Shown: in pieces, positions 17,306 through 26,662 of the stretch | Layout of the letters: each line of letters opens with the position of its first letter | Numbering within the stretch: the first letter of the stretch is position 1 | NCBI GenBank assembly: GCA_039918615.1 | Contig: JBDSHG010000024.1 | Coordinates: 7,795 to 71,794 of the forward strand | Source of the DNA: Gemmatimonadaceae bacterium | GTDB taxonomy: Bacteria > Gemmatimonadota > Gemmatimonadetes > Gemmatimonadales > Gemmatimonadaceae | Length of the DNA stretch: 64,000 bases | Direction of reading: 5' to 3' | Notes under the pieces: generated by a model | What the model saw: the letters and a program-made list of their open reading frames with translations, nothing else | Databases searched by the model: none | Told to the model about the DNA's origin: nothing | Made by a program: the position numbers and the translations under genes

Positions 17306-18541
17306 ATGCCCGGTCGAAATTTTCTGTTTGTTCCTGGTCCCACCAACGTTCCCGACCGTATTCTGAATGCGATGCATCGGGCATCGGAAGACCATCGTTC
17401 TCCGGTCTTCCCGAAGCTTCCTCTCAGCATATTCCCCGACCTGAAAAAGGTGTTCCGCACGACGGAAGGGACGCCGTTCATTTTCGCCGCGACCGGCACC
17501 GGCATGTGGGAGGCTTCACTCTCGAACACCTGTAGTCCGGGCGACAAGGTGCTCGCCGTGCGCTATGGACAGTTCTGCCACCTCTTCATCGATTGCGCGC
17601 AGCGCCTTGGCCTGCAGGTAGATATCATCGATGTGCCCTGGGGAGAAGGCGCATCGCCGGAGAAGATCGAGGAGAAGCTCCGCGCCGACACGAAGCACGA
17701 GTACAAGGGCGTGCTCGTCGTGCACAACGAAACATCCACCGGCGTAACGAGCGACATTGCCGCCGTGCGCAAGGCGATCGACAACGCGAAGCACCCCGCG
17801 CTGCTCTACGTCGATGGGGTGAGCTCCATCGGCAGCCTCGAGTTCCGCATGGATGATTGGGGCGTCGATCTCGCGATCACCGGATCGCAGAAGGGCTTCA
17901 TGCTCCCAGCCGGTCTCGGGCTCATCGGCGTCAGTCAGAAGGCGCTCGCACGTCGCGAGAGCGCGAAGCTCCCGCGCGTCTTCTTCGACTTCGGCGATCA
18001 GCTCAAGGCGAATGCCACCGGCTACTTCCCGTACACGCCGCCGCTCACGCTCCTCTACGGCCTGCGCGAGTCGCTCGACATGCTCCTCGAGGAAGGGCTC
18101 GATAAGGTCTACGCGCGCCACCATCGCCTTGCGGAAGGCACGCGCGGCGCGGTGAAGGCGTGGGGACTTCAGCTCTGCGCGAAGGACCCGAAGTGGAACT
18201 CCGACACGGTCTCCGCGGTCATGGTGCCCGCCGGCATCGATGGCGCGCAGGTCATCTCCACGGCATTCAAAAAGTACAACCTCGCGCTCGGCGCGGGGCT
18301 CTCTCAGATGGCCGGTAAGCTCTTCCGCATCGGGCACCTCGGCGATCTCAACGAGCTGATGTTGCTCGGCGCGATCGCGGGCGCCGAGATGGCGATGCGC
18401 GATGTCGGCATGACGCAGATCGTTCCCGGCAGCGGAGTCGGCGCGGCTTCGGAGTACTGGCGCACCGGCGGCACGACCTCATCTGCTCCTGCGGCGAAGA
18501 GCGCCGAGACGCGCAACGAGCCTGCCGTAGCCGCTCGATGA
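17306..18541 (+). CDS. sga: serine-glyoxylate aminotransferase (class V)
   Basis: MPGRNFLFVPGPTNVPDRILNAM..., VVHNETSTGVTSDI, ITGSQKGFMLPAGLG (PLP Lys), YFPYTPPLTLLYGLRE, FRIGHLGDLNEL. Tracks the Methylobacterium Sga sequence as I remember it. Confidence 0.85.
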   Translation: MPGRNFLFVPGPTNVPDRILNAMHRASEDHRSPVFPKLPLSIFPDLKKVFRTTEGTPFIFAATGTGMWEASLSNTCSPGDKVLAVRYGQFCHLFIDCAQRLGLQVDIIDVPWGEGASPEKIEEKLRADTKHEYKGVLVVHNETSTGVTSDIAAVRKAIDNAKHPALLYVDGVSSIGSLEFRMDDWGVDLAITGSQKGFMLPAGLGLIGVSQKALARRESAKLPRVFFDFGDQLKANATGYFPYTPPLTLLYGLRESLDMLLEEGLDKVYARHHRLAEGTRGAVKAWGLQLCAKDPKWNSDTVSAVMVPAGIDGAQVISTAFKKYNLALGAGLSQMAGKLFRIGHLGDLNELMLLGAIAGAEMAMRDVGMTQIVPGSGVGAASEYWRTGGTTSSAPAAKSAETRNEPAVAAR

Positions 18542-19485
18542 GCTTCACCCGGCACGAGCCGGCTCGCTTCCGCCTCCAGCGGAGCGAGCTGGCGGTCCCC
18601 GGCTCGCGCGTGGAGATGTTCTCCAAGGCGGCCGACGGTCCCGCGGACTTCGTCTTCCTCGATCTCGAAGACGCGGTTGCTCCCAACGATAAGGAGCAGG
18701 CGCGCCTCAACGTCATCGAGGCGCTCAAAACGATTCCCTGGCGCGCGCGAGGGAAGACGATCTCCGTGCGCATCAACGGCATCGACACACACTATATGTA
18801 TCGCGACGTCGTCGACGTCATCGAGCAGGCAGGCCAGTTCGTCGACACGGTGCTCATCCCGAAGGTCGGCGTGCCGTCGGACGTGTACATGGTCGACGCG
18901 CTGCTTACGCAGATCGAGGATTCCAAAAAGCTCCCGCACCGAATCGGCATCGAAGTGCTCATCGAGACCGCGCTCGGCATGGCGAACGTCGAGGCGATCG
19001 CGCAGGCGAGCGAGCGGCTCGAGGCGATGCACTTCGGCGTCGCGGACTATGCGGCGAGCGTGCGCGCGCGCACGACGAACATCGGCGGCCTCAACCCCGA
19101 CTATCCCGGCGATCAGTGGCACTTCGGCATTTCGCGGATGGTCGTCGCGTGCCGCGCCTACGGCCTTCGCGCCATCGATGGCCCCTTCGGTGACTTCAAG
19201 GATCCAGATGGCTTCAAGCTCGCCGCGCGGCGCGCCGCTGCTCTCGGATGCGAGGGAAAGTGGGCGATCCACCCGACACAGATCGATCTCGCGAACGAGC
19301 TCTTCACTCCGTCGCCGGACGAGGTCACGAAGGCGAAGCGCATTCTCGACGCGCTCGCGGAAGCAGAGGCGCAGGGACGCGGCGCAGCCTCGCTCGACGG
19401 CCGACTCATCGACGCGGCATCCGCGAAGATGGCGCAGAACATCGTCGTGATGGCTGGTGAGATTTCGAAGAAGACGGGGACGTAA
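18538..19485 (+). CDS. mcl: L-malyl-CoA/beta-methylmalyl-CoA lyase (HpcH/CitE-like)
   Basis: ATG overlaps the sga stop (ATGA). DFVFLDLEDAVAP, SVRINGIDTHYMYRDVVDV, LIPKVG, IDGPFGDFKDPDGF, GKWAIHPTQIDLANELFTPS. Matches my recollection of Mcl1/MclA rather than the citrate lyase beta subunit. Confidence 0.85.
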   Translation: MSFTRHEPARFRLQRSELAVPGSRVEMFSKAADGPADFVFLDLEDAVAPNDKEQARLNVIEALKTIPWRARGKTISVRINGIDTHYMYRDVVDVIEQAGQFVDTVLIPKVGVPSDVYMVDALLTQIEDSKKLPHRIGIEVLIETALGMANVEAIAQASERLEAMHFGVADYAASVRARTTNIGGLNPDYPGDQWHFGISRMVVACRAYGLRAIDGPFGDFKDPDGFKLAARRAAALGCEGKWAIHPTQIDLANELFTPSPDEVTKAKRILDALAEAEAQGRGAASLDGRLIDAASAKMAQNIVVMAGEISKKTGT

Positions 19486-19569
19486 GCACACCGGCTGACC
19501 GTCGCAAATTCGGCGCGGCCAGTCTACATATTTCAGCATCGACGGGCTGACACCCACACCGAGCAGTCA

Positions 19570-20766
19570 ATGGACATTCACGAATATCAGGCGAAAGAGT
19601 TGCTGTCCGGCTTCGGTGTTGCAGTGCCGAAGGGTGGTGTCGTGTACACTCCCGATCAGGCGGTGTACCGGGCCGAGGAGATCGGTGGGGGACGCTGGGT
19701 CGTGAAGGCGCAGATCCATTCGGGTGCGCGCGGAAAGGCCGGCGGCATCAAGCTCTGCACCACAGCCGAAGAGGTGCGCGCAGCGGCGACGGAGCTGCTC
19801 GGCAAGAAGCTCGTCACGCATCAGACCGGACCCGCGGGGAAAATCGTGCATCGCCTCTACGTCGAGTCCGCGGTACCGATCAGGCGCGAGCTGTACATCG
19901 GGCTCGTGCTCGATCGGCGATCGGAGCGCGTGTGCGTCGTCGCGGCGCCGGAAGGGGGAATGGAGATCGAAGAGATCGCTGCCGCCTCGCCCGACACCAT
20001 GCTCAAGGTGATGATCGAGCCCGCGGTCGGCATGCAGCCCTTTCAGGCGCGCGAGATTGCGTTTGGGCTCAAGCTCAACCCCGCCGAGATCAACCAGGCC
20101 GTCAAGGCGATTCTCGGCGCGTATCGCGCCTTCCGCGATCTCGATGCGACGATGGTCGAGATCAACCCGCTCGCGATCACGGAGAGCGGACAGGTGCTCG
20201 CGCTCGATGCGAAAATGCAGTTCGACGACAACGCCATGTTCCGCAATCCCGGCGTCGCCGAGCTGCGCGACTACGCCGAGGAAGACCCTCGCGATGCGGA
20301 GGCCGCGAAGCACGGGCTGAATTACATCGCGCTCGAGGGGGCGATCGGCTGTATCGTGAATGGCGCAGGGCTGGCCATGGCCACGATGGATATGATCACC
20401 CACGCTGGCGGCGAGCCGGCGAACTTTCTCGATATCGGCGGTGGAGCCTCTCCAGAGCGCGTTGCCGCAGCGTTTCGTCTCGTCCTCTCCGATCCTCGCG
20501 TGCGTTGCGTGCTCGTCAACATCTTCGCGGGCATCAATCGCTGCGACTGGGTAGCCGAGGGGATCATTCAGGCGGCGAAGGACGTGAACGTGCCGGTGCC
20601 GATCGTGGCGCGGCTCGCGGGAACGAACGTCGAGCAGGGACGGCAAATATTGCGCGACAGTGGACTGAGCATCATCTCCGCAGATACCCTTGCGGATGCA
20701 GCCGAGAAAGCGGTCGCTGCATTGAATGCACCAGTGGCTCGCACCATCAGGGAGAAAGTCTCGTGA
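19570..20766 (+). CDS. mtkA: malate-CoA ligase (malate thiokinase) beta subunit
   Basis: [109 protein letters not shown]. Close to remembered M. extorquens MtkA. The mcl/sga context favours mtk over sucC. Confidence 0.8.
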   Translation: MDIHEYQAKELLSGFGVAVPKGGVVYTPDQAVYRAEEIGGGRWVVKAQIHSGARGKAGGIKLCTTAEEVRAAATELLGKKLVTHQTGPAGKIVHRLYVESAVPIRRELYIGLVLDRRSERVCVVAAPEGGMEIEEIAAASPDTMLKVMIEPAVGMQPFQAREIAFGLKLNPAEINQAVKAILGAYRAFRDLDATMVEINPLAITESGQVLALDAKMQFDDNAMFRNPGVAELRDYAEEDPRDAEAAKHGLNYIALEGAIGCIVNGAGLAMATMDMITHAGGEPANFLDIGGGASPERVAAAFRLVLSDPRVRCVLVNIFAGINRCDWVAEGIIQAAKDVNVPVPIVARLAGTNVEQGRQILRDSGLSIISADTLADAAEKAVAALNAPVARTIREKVS

Positions 20767-21671
20767 GCATTCTGATCGACGAAAAGACCCGGATTCTCTT
20801 CCAGGGATTCACGGGCGACAAGTCGACCTTCCACGCGAAGGAAGCGATCGAGTACGGCACGAAGATCGTCGGCGGTGTCACTCCCGGAAAAGGCGGTGGT
20901 AAGCATCTGGGACTTCCCGTGTTCGATACAATGAAGGAAGCAGTGGCGGAGACTGGAGCGACGGCGAGCGGCATCTTCGTCCCGGCGCCGTTCTGCGCCG
21001 ACGCGATCATGGAAGCCGCAGACGCCGGTATTCAGCTCATCGTCTGCATCACCGACGGCATCCCGGCTCAGGATATGATGCGCGTCAAGCGCTACATGCT
21101 TCGCTACTCGCGCGAGCGGAAGCCCACGCTGATCGGTCCGAATTGCGCCGGCGTCATCTCGCCGGGCAAAGCGATGATCGGCATCATGCCCGGCAGCATC
21201 TACACGCAGGGGCGAGTCGGCATTGTGTCTCGCTCCGGCACGCTCGGCTACGAGGCCGCGGCGCAGATGCAGGCGCTCGGCATCGGGGTGAGCACGAGCG
21301 TCGGCATCGGCGGCGATCCGATCAACGGAAGCTCGTTCGTCGACATGCTGCAGCGCTTCGAAGCCGATGACGAAACCGACGCTGTGATGATGATCGGCGA
21401 AATCGGCGGCCCGCAGGAGGCCGAGGCATCGCTGTGGGCGCGCGACAACATGTCGAAGCCGATCGTCGGCTACGTCGCCGGGCTTTCGGCGCCGCGCGGA
21501 CGCCGCATGGGGCACGCCGGCGCGATCATTTCCGCATTCGGCGACAGCGCGCTCGAGAAGGCGGAGATCATGCGCAACTCGGGACTCACTGTTGCGTCGA
21601 GTCCCGCCGAGCTCGGATCGGCGATGAAGCAGGCGCTTTCGAAGCCTGCTCGTCGCGTGGTGCTTGCCTGA
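20763..21671 (+). CDS. mtkB: malate-CoA ligase alpha subunit
   Basis: GTG at 20763 overlaps the mtkA stop (GTGA). [49 protein letters not shown], and the phosphohistidine loop MGHAGAII. Confidence 0.8.
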   Translation: MSILIDEKTRILFQGFTGDKSTFHAKEAIEYGTKIVGGVTPGKGGGKHLGLPVFDTMKEAVAETGATASGIFVPAPFCADAIMEAADAGIQLIVCITDGIPAQDMMRVKRYMLRYSRERKPTLIGPNCAGVISPGKAMIGIMPGSIYTQGRVGIVSRSGTLGYEAAAQMQALGIGVSTSVGIGGDPINGSSFVDMLQRFEADDETDAVMMIGEIGGPQEAEASLWARDNMSKPIVGYVAGLSAPRGRRMGHAGAIISAFGDSALEKAEIMRNSGLTVASSPAELGSAMKQALSKPARRVVLA

Positions 21672-21672
21672 T

Positions 21673-22644
21673 ATGACGAAGCCCAGGGTCGTCATCACGC
21701 GGAAGATCCCGGCTGCGGCCGAGGCGCGCGCGAAGCAACTGTTCGACGTCGTGTTGAATTCGGATGACAAGCCGCTCGACGCCGCGGCGCTGGCCAGGGT
21801 GATGCGTGAGGCGGACGGGCTGCTGCCGTGCGTCGCCGACAAGATCACCGCCGATCTGCTCGCGACACCCGGGCGCACGGTGAAGATCGTGTCGAACTAT
21901 GGAGTCGGCTACAACAACATCGATGTCGTGGGGGCGAAGGAGAACGGCGTCGTGGTCACGAACACGCCGGATGTGCTCACCGAAGACACGGCTGACCTCG
22001 CGCTCACGCTGATGCTGGCGACGGCGCGGCGCGCCGGTGAGGGCGAGCGCGAGGTGCGCGGCGGCAAGTGGACTGGCTGGCGTCCGATGCACATGCTCGC
22101 GACGCAGGTGCACGGGAAGACGCTCGGCCTCATCGGCATCGGGCGCATCGGACGCGCGGTGGCGAAGCGCGCGCATCTCGGATTTGGGATGAAGATCATC
22201 TACCACGATCCGTATCCGCTCAGCGATGCCGACACGAAGGTGCTGAACGCCGAGCGGAAGGCGAGCATCGAGGCGGTGCTGAGTGAGAGCGACTTCGTGT
22301 CGCTGCACTGCCCGGCGACCCCCGAGACGAGGCATCTGATGAATGCCGGGCGGTTCGGCCAGATGAAGAAGGGGTCGATCCTCATCAACACGGCACGTGG
22401 CGACGTCGTGAACGAGGCCGATCTGATCGAGGCGCTCAACGCGGGAACGATTGCGGGTGCGGGGCTCGATGTCTTCGAGAGGGAGCCATCCGTGCCGGCG
22501 GCGTTGATCGCGATGGAAAACGTGGTGCTGCTTCCGCACCTGGGGAGCGCGACGCTGGAGGCGCGCACCGCGATGGGGATGCGCGCGATCGACAATCTCG
22601 AGGCCTTCTTCGGGGGCACGGCGCCGCGCGACCGCGTCGCCTGA
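21673..22644 (+). CDS. hprA: hydroxypyruvate/glyoxylate reductase (D-2-hydroxyacid dehydrogenase)
   Basis: ATG sits 1 nt after the mtkB stop. GKTLGLIGIGRIGRAVAKRA (NAD fold), INTARGDVVNEADL, AGLDVFEREP, LPHLGSAT. Confidence 0.8.
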   Translation: MTKPRVVITRKIPAAAEARAKQLFDVVLNSDDKPLDAAALARVMREADGLLPCVADKITADLLATPGRTVKIVSNYGVGYNNIDVVGAKENGVVVTNTPDVLTEDTADLALTLMLATARRAGEGEREVRGGKWTGWRPMHMLATQVHGKTLGLIGIGRIGRAVAKRAHLGFGMKIIYHDPYPLSDADTKVLNAERKASIEAVLSESDFVSLHCPATPETRHLMNAGRFGQMKKGSILINTARGDVVNEADLIEALNAGTIAGAGLDVFEREPSVPAALIAMENVVLLPHLGSATLEARTAMGMRAIDNLEAFFGGTAPRDRVA

Positions 22645-22649
22645 CCGCA

Positions 22650-25382
22650 GTGGCAACTCGCGCGCACTTCCGCGCACCGCCGGCGGTTCCGATTGGAGCA
22701 ACCGCGATGGAGCTTCCGACGCCCGAGTCGGGGGCGGAGCGACTGCTCGTCGAGATGTTGCGGCAGGTCGTGATGCTGCGAGCGCCGGAGTCGGCGGCGG
22801 TGCTCGAAGGCGGGAAGATAGATGGTAACAGTTCCGGTGAGTCGATCGCGCGCTCGCTGCAAACCGTCGGGCTCCTCTCTCAGATTCTCCCGATCGCCGA
22901 GCTGCACGACGCAATGGATGCGCGGCAGCGCGTGGAGCGCGAGCGCGGCTTCGAGTCCCTCACGGGAACGTTCGCGAAGGTGATCGCCGAGTGGAAAGCG
23001 CTCGGCGTGCCGGCGGATACGGTGCGCGAACTCCTGCGCACCTTCCGCGTGATCCCGACGATCACCGCCCATCCGACCGAGGCGAAGCGCGTCACGGTGC
23101 TCGAAAAGCTGCGCACGATCTACGCGCTGCTGCTCAAGCTCGATGGTCCGCTGGTCACGTCGCGCGAGCGCGCGCTCTTCGGCGAGGAGCTTCGCACGGA
23201 GCTCGATCTCCTCTGGATGACCGGTGAGCTCAAGCTCGAGAAGCCGACGGTCGCGCAGGAGGTGGCGTGGGCGCTCCACTTCTTCGACACCACACTGTTC
23301 GGCCTCGTCTGGCTGCTCCACGATTCGCTGGCGCGCGCGCTGGCCGAGTCGTATCCCGGCGAGCATTTCGATCTCCCCAACTTCGTGCAGTTCGGCTCGT
23401 GGGTAGGAGGCGACCGCGACGGAAATCCGAATGTCACGAACGAGGTGACGCGAGCGGCGCTCAAGGAGTATCGCTCCAAGTGTCTCCATCGATATCAGCG
23501 ACGCGTGGCAGAGCTGTCACGTGAGCTGAGCATCTCGGAGCGGTCGACGAAGTTCACCGACGAATTCAAGCAGGCGCTCGCGCGCGCGCTCGAGGCGAGC
23601 AACGATGGCGAGCGTCTCGCGGCGCGCAATCCCGGAGAGCTCTGCCGGCAATGGCTGAGCGTCGTGCAGCGGCGGCTCGCGGCGACCGTGGACGAGAGTC
23701 AGCGTAAGCGCGGTGGCGAGGGGCTGACAGCGCCGCCGTATGCGACCGCTGACGATCTCGTCGCCGATCTCAAGACGCTCGAGCGCGCGCTCATCGATGC
23801 GGAGTGCGGCGCGATCGCGCGCGCGACGGTGGTGCCCGTCCGGCGCGAGGTCGAAGCGTTTCGCTTTTCCACGGTACGACTCGATGTGCGCCAGGGCTCG
23901 GGCGCATTCAACTCGGCAGTCGAGGAGCTTCGCCAGGCGCGCGGCGCGACGGAGGGCGCGTCGTGGGTCCGCGATGCGCTCACGCGTCCGATGCGCGAGG
24001 GCGAGGCGGGCGTCACGTCGGAGGGGGCGAAGGAGACCTGCGCGATGTTCACGCTCGTGCGCGAGCTGCGGAAGAGCATCGACCGGCGCGCCTTCGGGAG
24101 CCTGATCATCAGCAACACGCAGAGCGCGGCGGATGTGCTCAACGTGTATCTGCTCGCGAAGGAGGGCGGGCTCTTCCACGATGCCGCCGGCGTCGAGAGC
24201 TGCACGCTGCCCATCGTGCCGCTCTTCGAGACCATCGAGGATCTTCGCCGCGCGCCGGCGATCATGCGCGAGCTCTTCAGCGTGCCGGTGGTGAAGCGCA
24301 GCGTGCGCGCCCAGGGTGGCGTGCAGGAAGTGATGATCGGCTATTCGGACTCGAACAAGGATGGCGGCTTTCTCACGTCGAACTGGGAGCTGTACCAGGC
24401 GCAGAAGAGGCTCGCGCGCACGGCGCAGGAGTGCGGCGTCGAGCTTTCGTTCTTCCACGGTCGCGGCGGATCGGTGAGCCGGGGCGGCGCACCGACGCAT
24501 CGCGCGATCGCCGCGCAGCCGCCCGGCACGATCCGCGGGCGGATGCGGACGACGGAGCAGGGCGAGGTCGTCTCGTTCAAATTCGGCTACCGGAACGCGG
24601 CGTTCTATCAGCTCGAGCTCCTGGCATCGAGCGTTTTGGAATACTCGCTGCCGAGCGATGAGGCGGTGCCCGTGCCGGGGCTTGGGGAGGCGATGGAAGC
24701 GTTGAGCGGCGCGGCGTTCGCGGCCTATCGCGGCCTCATTCAGCATCCGGGGCTCATTGAGTACTACACGGCGGCGACGCCGCTCGAGGAGTTGCAGCTG
24801 CTCAACATCGGCTCGCGTCCGGCGCGCCGCGGAGGGACACGATCGCTGAGCGACCTGCGTGCGATCCCGTGGGTGTTCGCGTGGACGCAGAACCGGCACC
24901 TCGTGCCGGGGTGGTACGGAGTGGGAAGCGCGCTCAACTCCTTCCTCAGTGTGCGCGGCGAGCGCGGCGAGGCGATGCTGCGACGGATGTTCGCCGAGAC
25001 GCCGATCTTCCGCCTCATCATCGACGAGGTGGAGAAGACGCTGGCGCAGGTCGATCTCTCGCTCGTGCGCGCGTACGCGAGTCTGGTGCCCAACAAGCTC
25101 GCGCGCGCGGAGGTGCTCGCGCTGATCGAGGCGGAATACGAGCGCACGGTGACGGCGGTGCTGCATCTCACGGGTGAGGAGGCGCTGGCCGAGCGCTTCC
25201 CGCAATTCCGTAGGCGCATGACGCGGCGGCTGGGGATGCTGGAGCGCGCGCACTATCAGCAGATCGAGCTGCTGCGTCGCGTGCGGGGGAAGCAAACCGA
25301 GGGTGCGGAGCGCGAGGACGATCTTGCGGCGCTGCTCTTGTCGATCAATTGTATCGCGGCGGGATTTGGGACTACGGGCTGA
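22650..25382 (+). CDS. ppc: phosphoenolpyruvate carboxylase
   Basis: IPTITAHPTEAKR, VMIGYSDSNKDGGFLTSNWELYQAQ, FFHGRGGSVSRGGAP, IPWVFAWTQNRHLVPGWYG, C-terminal IAAGFGTTG. Start is GTG 22650 or ATG 22707. Confidence 0.95.
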   Translation: MATRAHFRAPPAVPIGATAMELPTPESGAERLLVEMLRQVVMLRAPESAAVLEGGKIDGNSSGESIARSLQTVGLLSQILPIAELHDAMDARQRVERERGFESLTGTFAKVIAEWKALGVPADTVRELLRTFRVIPTITAHPTEAKRVTVLEKLRTIYALLLKLDGPLVTSRERALFGEELRTELDLLWMTGELKLEKPTVAQEVAWALHFFDTTLFGLVWLLHDSLARALAESYPGEHFDLPNFVQFGSWVGGDRDGNPNVTNEVTRAALKEYRSKCLHRYQRRVAELSRELSISERSTKFTDEFKQALARALEASNDGERLAARNPGELCRQWLSVVQRRLAATVDESQRKRGGEGLTAPPYATADDLVADLKTLERALIDAECGAIARATVVPVRREVEAFRFSTVRLDVRQGSGAFNSAVEELRQARGATEGASWVRDALTRPMREGEAGVTSEGAKETCAMFTLVRELRKSIDRRAFGSLIISNTQSAADVLNVYLLAKEGGLFHDAAGVESCTLPIVPLFETIEDLRRAPAIMRELFSVPVVKRSVRAQGGVQEVMIGYSDSNKDGGFLTSNWELYQAQKRLARTAQECGVELSFFHGRGGSVSRGGAPTHRAIAAQPPGTIRGRMRTTEQGEVVSFKFGYRNAAFYQLELLASSVLEYSLPSDEAVPVPGLGEAMEALSGAAFAAYRGLIQHPGLIEYYTAATPLEELQLLNIGSRPARRGGTRSLSDLRAIPWVFAWTQNRHLVPGWYGVGSALNSFLSVRGERGEAMLRRMFAETPIFRLIIDEVEKTLAQVDLSLVRAYASLVPNKLARAEVLALIEAEYERTVTAVLHLTGEEALAERFPQFRRRMTRRLGMLERAHYQQIELLRRVRGKQTEGAEREDDLAALLLSINCIAAGFGTTG

Positions 25383-25433
25383 CCCGTGCGACGACCAGAG
25401 TGAGGACCACTTGCGCATCCGCATGGCATGTTG

Positions 25434-25456
25434 TATTTAACAACTACGTTATTTAA
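25434..25456 (+). promoter_or_regulatory. AT-rich promoter/operator block upstream of the arsR-like gene
   Basis: A sharply AT-rich stretch in a GC-rich background, with the direct repeat TATTTAA (25434-25440 and 25450-25456) 18-40 nt upstream of ATG 25474. Confidence 0.3.
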
Positions 25457-25473
25457 GCTAAAGGTTAAGTACG

Positions 25474-25842
25474 ATGACCGTTGACCATCTCAGCACCACC
25501 TTCGCCGCACTCGCCGATCCCACGCGCCGAGCGATCCTCGCCCGGCTCGCCTCCGGCGAATCGACCGTCAACGAGCTCGCCAAGCCCTTCGCCATGAGCT
25601 TGCCGGCCGTCTCCCGCCACCTCAAGGTGCTCGAGCACGCCGGCCTCATCTCGCGCGGCCGCGATGCGCAGTGGCGCCCAGCCAAGCTCGAAGCTGCGCC
25701 GCTCGAAACGGCCTCGGGGTGGATCGAGAAATACCGGCGGTTCTGGGACGACAGCTTCGACCGCCTCGATCTCTACATCATCGAACTTCAACGCCAGGAG
25801 AAGGCCAATGCGCGCAACAGGAAAAAGCGCCACAAGCGCTGA
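25474..25842 (+). CDS. ArsR/SmtB-family transcriptional regulator
   Basis: FAALADPTRRAILARLASGESTVNELAKPFAMSLPAVSRHLKVLEHAGLI (winged HTH). Confidence 0.85.
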   Translation: MTVDHLSTTFAALADPTRRAILARLASGESTVNELAKPFAMSLPAVSRHLKVLEHAGLISRGRDAQWRPAKLEAAPLETASGWIEKYRRFWDDSFDRLDLYIIELQRQEKANARNRKKRHKR

Positions 25843-26320
25843 GCCGGACTCGAAGACGCTCGAGCTCACCATCACCCGCATCTTCGACGTGCCGCGTGAT
25901 CTCGTGTGGAAGCTTTTCACCGAGCCCGAACATCTGATGAACTGGATGGGGCCTCGCGGCTTCACGCCGATGCACTTCACACAGGACGCACGCGTCGGCG
26001 GCAGATGGCGTGGCATGCTCCACCCCGACACGAACAATCCGCACACGCAGAAGGATCTCTGGCAGGGCGGCGTCTTCGAGGAGATCGCCCCACCCGAGCG
26101 CATCGCCTACACCTTCGCGTGGGAAGAAGGAATGAGCGGGAACCCCGCCACAGAGACGCTCGTCACCCTCATCTTCGCCGACCGGGGCGAGAAAACAAGG
26201 CTGACCTTCACCCAGCGCGGCTTCACTTCCGAGGGCGAGCGCGACGGCCACATCGGCGGCTGGAACAGCGCCTTCGACAAGCTCGACAACTACGTCGCCA
26301 CGCTCGACGAGGGCGAATAG
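25808..26320 (+). CDS. SRPBCC / Aha1-like (AHSA1) domain protein
   Basis: ATG 25808 inside ORF 25664..26320, overlapping the arsR 3' end. LELTITRIFDVPRDLVWKLFTEPEHLMNWMGP ... TLVTLIFADRGEKTRLTFTQ ... GWNSAFDKLDNYV. This is the usual ArsR partner. Confidence 0.8.
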   Translation: MRATGKSATSAEPDSKTLELTITRIFDVPRDLVWKLFTEPEHLMNWMGPRGFTPMHFTQDARVGGRWRGMLHPDTNNPHTQKDLWQGGVFEEIAPPERIAYTFAWEEGMSGNPATETLVTLIFADRGEKTRLTFTQRGFTSEGERDGHIGGWNSAFDKLDNYVATLDEGE

Positions 26321-26608
26321 CCATAAGCGGCGGCCTTTCGGAAGCGCGCCTCGCTCGCCTGCATGGCGTCAAGGTTGGCTGCGTCGACCGCGGCGAGCTT
26401 CGGAATGTCCGTCGTCACACAAATGAGCGACTATTCGGGAACCGTCGGAACATTCGGCTGGGATGGCGGATTGGGTACCAGCTGGTACTGCGATCCCCGC
26501 GAGAGTATGATCCGCATCCTGATGACCCGGGTGATGTGGGCCTCGCCGGCCGGGACGCGGGTATCCTCCGACTTCGCGACCGCTGCGTATCAGGCGATCG
26601 CCGACTGA
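26320..26608 (+). pseudogene. beta-lactamase-family serine hydrolase remnant with a large internal deletion
   Basis: Frame 1 (26320 to about 26400) reads GLSEARLARLHGVKVGCVDRGEL, the typical N-terminus of this family. Frame 3 (track ORF 26363..26608) reads GTVGTFGWDGGLGTSWYCDPRESMIRILMTRV, the typical C-terminus. The SxxK catalytic core between them is missing. Confidence 0.6.
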
Positions 26609-26662
26609 TTCGCAGACGATCTCAGACTCCGCACACATGCCGCCTAGCAGCGTCTCCGCACC

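Noticed and set aside
19570-21671. Alternative call of these two genes as succinyl-CoA synthetase sucCD.
   Set aside because: The family is the same, but the sequence tracks remembered MtkA closely and the genes are embedded between mcl and hprA with start/stop overlaps. I kept the mtkAB call and flagged the phylogeny needed to confirm it.
23517-25424. 635-aa ORF antisense to ppc. Similar very long ORFs occur at 42261..44756 (antisense to acnA), 57801..59834, 19567..20646, 20568..21878, 21586..22914, 22200..23489, 54950..56323, 51191..53119 and 5725..7191.
   Set aside because: They are Arg/Ala/Gly/Pro/His-rich, carry no recognisable motifs, and each lies opposite or out of frame with a gene that has unmistakable family signatures. 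These are typical high-GC shadow ORFs.
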